The position numbers and the translations under genes are program-made. From assembly GCF_000372725.1 (NCBI RefSeq), contig NW_005201984.1:1-64000 (forward strand): a stretch of DNA of 64,000 bases. Direction: 5' to 3'. This DNA is from Emiliania huxleyi CCMP1516. Its lineage: Eukaryota. The notes under the pieces are model-generated. The model saw nothing but the letters and a program-made list of their open reading frames with translations, was not told the DNA's origin and made no database searches. Shown one piece after another: positions 56,681-64,000 of this stretch (within the stretch, counting starts at the first letter, position 1; every line of letters begins with the position of its first letter).

Positions 56681-58249
56681 GTGGGACATGGCGTATTGGG
56701 CCAAGCAATGGCGAGTGCGAACCGGATGTCCACCGGCCGTCCTCTGCCCGGCCATTGCGGCAGCCTGGCTGGTTGGTCGTCTAGGGACCGCCGGAGTCGC
56801 CTCCGCCGAGAGTTCGACTGCTCGAAGGGTTCGACTGGGGTCTTGTTTACAGACCGCCCTGGAAGCAGCCTCGATGAGTGCGTGCTGGGCTGCGAACGCT
56901 GCGAACGCTGCCGGTTCGTGTCGTACAGCAAGCGGTTCGGTGATTGCTCATGGTACGAGAAATGCCCACTTCTCGTGAAGGGTGACGCGGGCCGTGCCAT
57001 ACCAACGGGCGGCAAGGCGATGACGCTGGCTTCCGACTATCAGACCGCCGAGGTTGGGCCAATGCGAAAAGCAGGAGGTTGTGGGCTCGACTGGTGGAAG
57101 ATTGCACCCGGTGCCGCCCCGTTGACGCAGCCGCTCGCCGCAAGGAGTCGCCGCCAGGAATCGGTCTGCCTTGTGATGAGCGACTCGAGGTCGATCGGGG
57201 AGGCAGGCTACCATGGGATCGCGGCGGTCATCAACAGCCAGTTTGCACAGACGCACGGGTACCGCTTTTTTTACCTGCACCAGCCGTGCCTCGCGGCGCC
57301 CGCGGCGCCTACTCCCGCATCCAAGGCCTCGGCGCCCGGTGACGGTCAGGGAGCCTGCGGAATCACGTCATTCGGCGGCGACTGCAACGAGGCGACGTCC
57401 GGGGCGTGGCGTGCCCGCCAGCGAGGCATTCGGACGCTGGAGCACTGCGCCGCTGCCGCCGAGGGCTGCAAGTACGCAAACTATGTCTCCTTTTCTGCCC
57501 AGTTTGACGACTGCTCCTGGTTTAGTACGTGCGATCTCCCACATCTAATCGGTGGCGCAGCGTTTGCGACGCGCATCCTCCGCACAACCACCGCGCTTGC
57601 CGACCCCAAGCTCTGCTCGGCGTGCACTCACCCGACCCTCGGTGGGCGGGCGGCGCCGTGGTGTAAGCTTCTCACGATAAACCAGACGCTGATGCTCAGC
57701 CGCCGCGGCGAGGGTGGGCGCGGTCACGAGGGCAGGGGCGGCGCGCGTGCCGCCCGCCGCCCATCTTGTGAGCGGGTCGTGTACCTGGACAGTGACGTGT
57801 ATGTGTTGCATCCCAATCGGAGCCTGGGCGCGCTGCTCGACTGCGCCGACGCGACGCTCTCCGTCTTCAAGAATGCTCCTTACGATTCTGGACCACTGAG
57901 CGCAGTGATGGTCTGGCGCAACGGCGGCGTGCACGCACAGCGTTCGCGAGAGCTCCTCAGCGAGTGGTGGGGCACCGGCCGCTTCCGCCACTTACACCAC
58001 GCCCACCCGTTTGAGCAAGACGCGCTGCAAAAGGAGCTCGCGGTGCGCTTCCCGGAAGAAGTCGCGGTGCTGCCTCACCTGGACCACTGGTTTGCACACG
58101 TTGGCTCCTTCCCTCCCGGCACAGCGAACCAGCGGGCGCAGAGGATGCGGGATCATGTGCGCGCCCACGGCATCGAGCCCAGGGTAGCACTGTCGGTGCT
58201 GGAGCACGGCGAGGATATGGTTATGGAGAGAATGGGGGCCTCAGAGTAG
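56681..58249 (+). CDS. GT34 (MNN10/GMA12)-like glycosyltransferase with two Cys-rich modules
   Basis: INSQFAQTHGYRF, APWCKLL, VVYLDSD (DxD), HPFEQDAL; duplicated C..C..C.(F/Y)VS(Y/F)S..F.DCSW(Y/F)..C module. Confidence 0.65.
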   Translation: MGHGVLGQAMASANRMSTGRPLPGHCGSLAGWSSRDRRSRLRREFDCSKGSTGVLFTDRPGSSLDECVLGCERCERCRFVSYSKRFGDCSWYEKCPLLVKGDAGRAIPTGGKAMTLASDYQTAEVGPMRKAGGCGLDWWKIAPGAAPLTQPLAARSRRQESVCLVMSDSRSIGEAGYHGIAAVINSQFAQTHGYRFFYLHQPCLAAPAAPTPASKASAPGDGQGACGITSFGGDCNEATSGAWRARQRGIRTLEHCAAAAEGCKYANYVSFSAQFDDCSWFSTCDLPHLIGGAAFATRILRTTTALADPKLCSACTHPTLGGRAAPWCKLLTINQTLMLSRRGEGGRGHEGRGGARAARRPSCERVVYLDSDVYVLHPNRSLGALLDCADATLSVFKNAPYDSGPLSAVMVWRNGGVHAQRSRELLSEWWGTGRFRHLHHAHPFEQDALQKELAVRFPEEVAVLPHLDHWFAHVGSFPPGTANQRAQRMRDHVRAHGIEPRVALSVLEHGEDMVMERMGASE

Positions 58250-58399
58250 TAACTAGTATAATCCATTTTTTGGTTGTTTCATCGTCGTCGTCACAACTCC
58301 CGCGCGACCTCAGGAACCAGCACCGGGCAATACTACGCGACTCGCGAGCACTGACGCTGCGCTAGTTTCTTTTCCACAACACACCAATTCTTTTAAAAG

Positions 58400-59013
58400 A
58401 AAAGAAGAAAACAGACAACCCAAAAAAGAGTGGAGGGATGGCGGGAGGACGGCACGCCGCTACCACACAAGTAAAAAATCTTTTCCGGCTCCGGTGGTGA
58501 GCCGGTGTGTGTGCCAGTCCGCGCCAGTCCGCGCCCTTGTCGTGCCAGTGTATAAATAAATAGAGCAGTCATCTCCAGGGAGAGTGTGATCTGTGATCTG
58601 TGTGTGGTGTGTGTGTGTGTGTGTGATGCCATGCGTGACCTAGTAGTGTCCCCAGCTATGGGCGTGTCCACGTTGGAGCCAGGTGTGGTGTGGACGCGAG
58701 AATAGCTCCGCCGTTCATGGAGGCAACCGATGCGAGTCGACTGCCAGGGAGAGGAGAGATGGGCGACGCACACGAACAAAGAGGGACAGTGCGCACCCCG
58801 CCCCGCTCGCAGGGCGTGCATCACACAGGTGGACTGTGTGACTCCTCGGGTTTCTGGGACTCGTGCCAAAAAAGAAAGAAAGGAAACAGACAAGGCCAGG
58901 GAGGGATGGGAGGACGGCACGCCGCCACCACACGACAGGGATTTTTAACCATTTTTCCCTCGGGGGCAATTTTTCTTTTCCGGCTCCGGTGGTGAGCCGG
59001 TGTGTGTGCCAGT
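58400..59013 (+). repeat. Two further copies of the dispersed intergenic repeat (58400-58518, 58870-59013)
   Basis: GAGGGATGG..GAGGACGGCACGCCGC.ACCACAC and TTTTCCGGCTCCGGTGGTGAGCCGGTGTGTGTGCCAGT each occur twice. Confidence 0.85.
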
Positions 59014-59072
59014 TGCTCAGAATTCTTTTCCTCGCGCGTTGCTGTAGAAAACACACGTCTGGGCCGAGGGTG

Positions 59073-59565
59073 ATGTCGCGGGCGCGCGATGCATCCGCCT
59101 CCAGAATCTTCAAGCTCTCGCCGGCAGATTTTGGCCGCATGCAGACCGCGGTGCGCGAGCGGCTCCGCGAGCGCGGCTCCAGCGCGAGCGACGAGGTCCT
59201 GCCAGAGTATGTGATGGTGATGGTGCAGAACCAAAAGACGCAGGCACAGGTGGCGTCGGAGCTCAAGGCCTTCCTCGGCAGCGAGGCCTCGCCATTCACG
59301 GAGTGGCTGTGGTCGCGGCTCATCGCGACAGCCGACGGCACCCCCTCCGCCAAAGCCACTGCCGACAAGACAGCAGCTGCGGACGGTGCGGGGCGGCGGC
59401 GAGGAGGCGGCGAGGGCGGCGGCGCGGCGAAACAAGCCAGCGCGGCACGTGGCGAGGGCGCAGGCGGGTCACGTCGCGCCATGGAGAGCGAGCGCGAGCA
59501 GCGGGCGCGCGAGTGGGAGGAGTGGGCCGAGGAGAAGAGGCGCAAAGAGCGTCTTCAGAGAGGCA

Positions 59566-59603
<38 letters not shown>

Positions 59604-60684
59604 GAGTCGGTGTCTAACGAGCGGAGAAAGGGCGCGCTGGCGCGTGCGTCCGACCCGTCGGGCAACGGCCGCGCTGCTGCGTCGGGCTCTGCCGGCCAAG
59701 GCGGCGCGGGCGGCTCGGTGTTTTCCCGCCTCGGCTCGAGCGAGCGCGCGGCGAGCGAGCCGCTGCAACTGGCGGCCGCCACCGACACGACGGGCGACGC
59801 GCTCGAAGACGAGGACGTGGCCTTCACCCTCACCCTCACCGGCAGGCCCGCGCAGCGGCGGCGGCCACCGACCGACCCGCTCGCCGCAGCGCAGGAGGGC
59901 GCCGCCGCCGCCCCCCCCGCCGCCTAGCTAGCGTCGCCCCTCTCTCCCCCGGAGCACTCCCTCCCCCAGCACACACCTCCCCATCCGCCCACAGGCCGCC
60001 AGGCAGGCGGAGCTGGTGCAGGCGACCGTGCAGCAGGAGCTCGCCGCCCTCGCCGCGTCTGGAGTCGTCCACCGCTGGCGCGGGCGCGGGCGCGGGCGCG
60101 GAGCAAAGGGCGGCCGGGGCGGGTTCCGCGGGGGGGGGCGGGGAGTCGGCGGCGCGGGCGGCAAGGGGTGGGCGTCCGAGGGGAGGGGCAAGGGGTGGGT
60201 CGCCGAGAGCAAGGGCAAGGGCCGGGCCGCCGAGGGGAGGGGCAAGGGCTGGGCGGCGGATGCCGCGGGCCGGGGCGGAGGCGCCGCGAGCCTCCCGTCT
60301 CCCACACGCGCCGTCGCCGCGCGTTGAGGGGCGGTCTGTTGGCGACTGTCAGGCGGCGCCTCCCGCACGTGGGTGCGGCCGGGCCTCGCGCCCGCGGCGG
60401 CGCCAGCGCAGCCGGCGGCGGCCAAGCCGGCGGCGGCCAAGCCGGCGGCGGCCAAGCCGGCGGCGCCGGCGCCGGCAGGCAAGGTGGCGGCGGCCAAGGC
60501 GGGTGCCACCAAGGCGAGCACAAAGTCGCCCCGGGTGCGCGCGTGGCCACCCACAGCCCGCCCCGTCCTGCCGCCGGCGCTGCTCACTTCGTTGCCCCCA
60601 CCCTCTTCAGGCCTCAAACGGTGGTTGGAACAAGTTTGTCCGCCAGGCGTGACGAGGGAACGAAGACGAAGAGGTGAATCATGA
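59073..60684 (+). CDS. PWI-like (Nab2/ZC3H14-type) domain protein with RGG and PAAAK-rich tail, multi-exon
   Basis: DEVLPEYVMVMVQNQKTQAQVASELKAFLG..PFTEWLW; SVFSRLG; RGRGRG/RGG exon; RTWVRPGL. The 3' end is uncertain. Confidence 0.8.
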
Positions 60685-61510
60685 AGCGACCATGACGCCC
60701 GTGCGGCACGGCATCGCGCCAGCGGACGGCAGAAGCGTCCCGGAAGCACGCTCTTTGACGGCCTGTCTGACCCGTGCCGCGCGGATGTGATGCGTTTCTG
60801 TCCGCCCGCAACCCCCGCAACATACACGGGGGTTCCCATAGCGATTTCTCCCCCCGCATGAGTCCAGAGCGATAAACGGGCGGTGCTGCAAAAAGCTGCT
60901 TATTAGAAAAGAAACCGAAGCTCACAGGCGTACGGAAAAGAGCAACGCTAAAGAATTTTGCGAAACGCAGACCGATCGTCAGGAAAGTGGCCCCTCCGCG
61001 CTCCGGCCTCCGATACTGGGCTGGGGGTTTTTAGGCATTGTGGGGTTGGCACTCCCATCGACCCTCATGACCTCCTGCGGTCTCTGAGATGGACACCAGT
61101 GGGTGTGGGACCACAGCCAGGATACACTCGAAGGCTGGGTAAGCAGTAGAGGTCGATACTCGACGCGTCCCACATGGTCTGTGTCGCTGTCGGCACGCTG
61201 TCGACAGGACGCGTCGAGTGACACCGGTGGCAGTGCCACCCAGGAGTGGTCGGGCGGTCTCCCGTCATGAGAGAGCCACCATGTGATCCGTATGATGGTT
61301 CCTGACAACCGCCTCAGTCACTTTTCGTCACAGTTCCCGCTCTGAGAGGAGCTGCGGGTCAGTTCGACAGCTGGAGCTGTGTCGCCGGCGTGCGGCGGCC
61401 TGCCTCCGGAGGTGCCTCTGAGGTGGACATTTGTTGGTCACCGTGAGAGAACGCGTTCGAATTTTCACTCGGGAACTTCAACTGAGCACGCGCACCGGCC
61501 AGGGCTACAA

Positions 61511-62169
61511 TAGTGCCAGTGAGGCGGAGGCGCGAGTCGGACGGAAGGCCGCGACCGTGATTTGGTTTTCGACATTTTCCGACATTTTCCTACAATAATA
61601 GCCGTATGTCGATCTCGAATGTCGCGCCTGAACGCGGTATGTAGCGGTCGCGGTATGTAGCGCGACCCCCGCTACATATCGTCCGGTGTTATGTATCGGT
61701 CCGGAGTGGTACATATCGGTCTAGCGCATAGGAGGTGGTATCTAGCGCTCGGGATATAATCGGTCAACGCCACGGTGTGAATTACTTCCCACCAACAAAG
61801 CACATATCGTCTGACTTCACTTTTTGACAGCTAAAATCTGCCATTTTCTCATCGAGATCAGAATCTCGCGCCAATCTCGTGCAATCTCCCCCAATCTCAA
61901 TTAATCTCGGTCCAGACGAGGACTATTCAAATTTTGAATCCGCAGGGTAATGACCAAGAAGAGCATGACAAATCATAACGGCAAATCTGCGCAAGATTCA
62001 CTGAATTTTCATCGAGTTTCTCTCAGATTCCTTTTTTGGCTGATATGCACCACGCGCGATATTAATCAGCTCCGGGCGCTACATATCGCCTCCAGCGATA
62101 CATATCGCTGTTGGACCGCTACATATCGCCCGCGCTACATATCGGTCAAACTGGTGATATGTAGCACTA
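61511..62169. mobile_element. Probable degenerate MITE with CGCTACATATCG subterminal repeats
   Basis: Multiple TACATATCG/TATGTAGCG motifs near both ends, AT-richer core, only 6-bp terminal match TAGTGC/GCACTA, imperfect flanking repeat. Confidence 0.4.
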
Positions 62170-63524
62170 GCGCTACATAGTCTGGCAGTGATACGTAGCG
62201 CTGATGCCACTACGTATCGGATGGCGATGCAAACGTCCGGTCGTCCGCCCTAAGACGAAAAGCACCGCCGCCGCCGCCGGGCCCCGCCCCCGGCCCGCAC
62301 CCCCGCAACCCGCCGAAAATGGCAGCAAGCCTCCAAGCGGATGCGGAAGCACGAGGTGACCACCGCAAGCCCGCACCCAAGGGAGGTGGACCCCCACCCC
62401 CCCACCCCCCTCTCCCAAGCAGAAAAGGGGTTGTGAGGATCCTAGAGGGGCGCTCAGGATCCTGACCCAGACGATGGTGCGCTCAAGATCGCACCGTCTG
62501 CTCCCTCCCCCACCCCTCGCCGCCACCCTGCCAAATCCCCGCGGCCGTCTGGCTGCGCCTGCTTCCGAGTATCAGTATGACTCCGAGCCCGACTTTTCCG
62601 ACGCTGAGAGGCACGGCATAGGGTGGCAGGGGTTCTACACGGACGCGGTGCAGGAGGCTGTGATGCAATGCGGCTATAGTGACGAGCTTTTTTAGGCGTG
62701 GAGAGAGGCAACCAAGATACGGCAAAAGGACTTGCCGGAGAAGGCTTGCCGGAGAAGGTGATGGCTATGACTTTGGACCTTTGCGAGAGGTGGCGAGCGG
62801 AGCAAGAGCGGCGCGCGTCCACGCTCCTGCGCAGCGGCTCTCTCGCGACCACAGCCCCTCTTTTGCAGCCGCAGCCGTAGCCGCAGCCCCAACTCTCGGC
62901 TCGGTCTTCGAGTGTCGGGTAGCGGTGACCGGGGACCGACGGATTGACCCCCTTAAGATTTCTTTTGCGTCAGGGCGCCCGCAATGCTCAGACAAGCGCT
63001 GAGACAAGCAGCTCCGCGCTTCGGCGCGTCGCCGCTTGGCGCGCTGCGCAGTCTGCGCGTCTCTGCGCCGGCGCAACAGTCGGAGGTGACGCGCAGCACA
63101 ACGCCGGGCGGCGGCTACGTCACCACGGTCGACCCGAGCAAGTTTGTCGAGTACCATCTCCATCGTCATTAAGCGCTGGTGGTTGAACCAGATGAGCAGC
63201 GAATAATTCTTTTTGCACAGGCGGCGCCAGATCAACGTGATCGAGGGTCTCGGCGGCTTTTATCTCTTACTAGGAGACTACAGACGGGCTCATCTATCTC
63301 TTCCAGGAGGGGGCCCGGGAGCGCCCTGCGCACCAGCAAGTGCTCATCTTCTTTGCACAGAGGGGCCGCCTATGCTATACTAGTGGCTATACTAGTGACG
63401 GGGTGCCGCTCGGCCAGACTGGTGGGGTTCGCGCACAAGCGCCAGTTCAACACAGAGAGCCCAACACTCCGCACGTGAGAGTCCTCTTCGCCGCCCCCAA
63501 ACCAGAGCAGACGCCGGGGCCGCG

Positions 63525-64000
63525 TATTGCAATCCTAGAACTTTCGCCGATTGCGAGCGACACCACCCACAGTCCTACACCTTCTAGGATTGCGAGCGGG
63601 TCCCCTCGCAATCGGTGCGATCACTGTTTGGATTGTGAGGAGACCCCCCCCCGGCGCGCTCACTCACAAGCGCTCGCGGCTGGAGCGATTGGGAGCGCCC
63701 CCTGTGCAGTTCTAGCAATCCTTGGATCTTGGGTACGATTGTGAGCGCCGCCGCTCATAGTCCTACAAGATGTAGGATTGCGAGCGCTACTGCTCGCAAT
63801 CGGAGGCATGTTGCTCGGATTGTGAGCAAAGCTGCTCCATCCTAGACTTTGCTCGGATTGCGAGCGCGCTGGTAGTAGTCGTAGGCGTCACCAGTCACCT
63901 TGGGAGCGGAGCTGCTCTTAGTCCTAGAAGATGTAGGATTGCGAGCGTAGGTGCTAGCAATCGTACACAGAGATGCTACGATTGCGAGGAGTGCTGCTCA
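63525..64000. repeat. Degenerate ~40-bp tandem array of alternating GATTGYGAGC / GCTCRCAATC motifs
   Basis: Units at ~63531, 63571, 63610, 63717, 63759, 63798, 63839, 63920, 63959; continues to the window edge. Confidence 0.75.

Noticed and set aside
60405..60530. PAAAK repeats as a histone H1 gene
   Set aside because: No H1 globular domain; the segment splices in frame into the PWI/RGG gene.
62474..63172. Short broken ORFs as a gene
   Set aside because: Stops and frameshifts with no recognisable domain; possibly a transposon remnant but not supportable.
63525..64000. CRISPR-like repeat/spacer appearance
   Set aside because: Repeats are degenerate, spacers are too short, no cas genes are present and the context is eukaryotic.

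Overview
GC-rich eukaryotic nuclear DNA with short spliceosomal introns (many GC-AG), microsatellites and three assembly gaps. The style fits a haptophyte such as Emiliania/Gephyrocapsa huxleyi (inference only). About 20 protein genes are supportable: a coiled-coil protein, selenoprotein K, anthranilate phosphoribosyltransferase, an Orai-like membrane protein, ribosomal protein L35a, a cyclin, a Furry/Tao3-like scaffold, an ABCG half-transporter, RTF1, a VPS8-like gene, a short asparaginase, a multi-modular GH10 xylanase, a GDP-glucose-phosphorylase-like HIT protein, DUF218, U-box/ankyrin, GT34-like, a PWI/RGG protein and several hypotheticals. Highlights: (1) a SELENOK gene that the ORF track misses, with an in-frame UGA and a well-formed 3'UTR SECIS whose apical motif is non-canonical (ACA); (2) a window-wide pattern in which intron 5' ends duplicate the start of the downstream exon (up to 21 nt), suggesting intron gain by duplication; (3) several non-autonomous DNA transposons with clean TIRs/TSDs, including a filled-site/empty-site pair that reveals a nested 2.8 kb TIR element; (4) histone-tail-like repeats in RTF1. 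No database searches were run; all family calls come from motif recognition.
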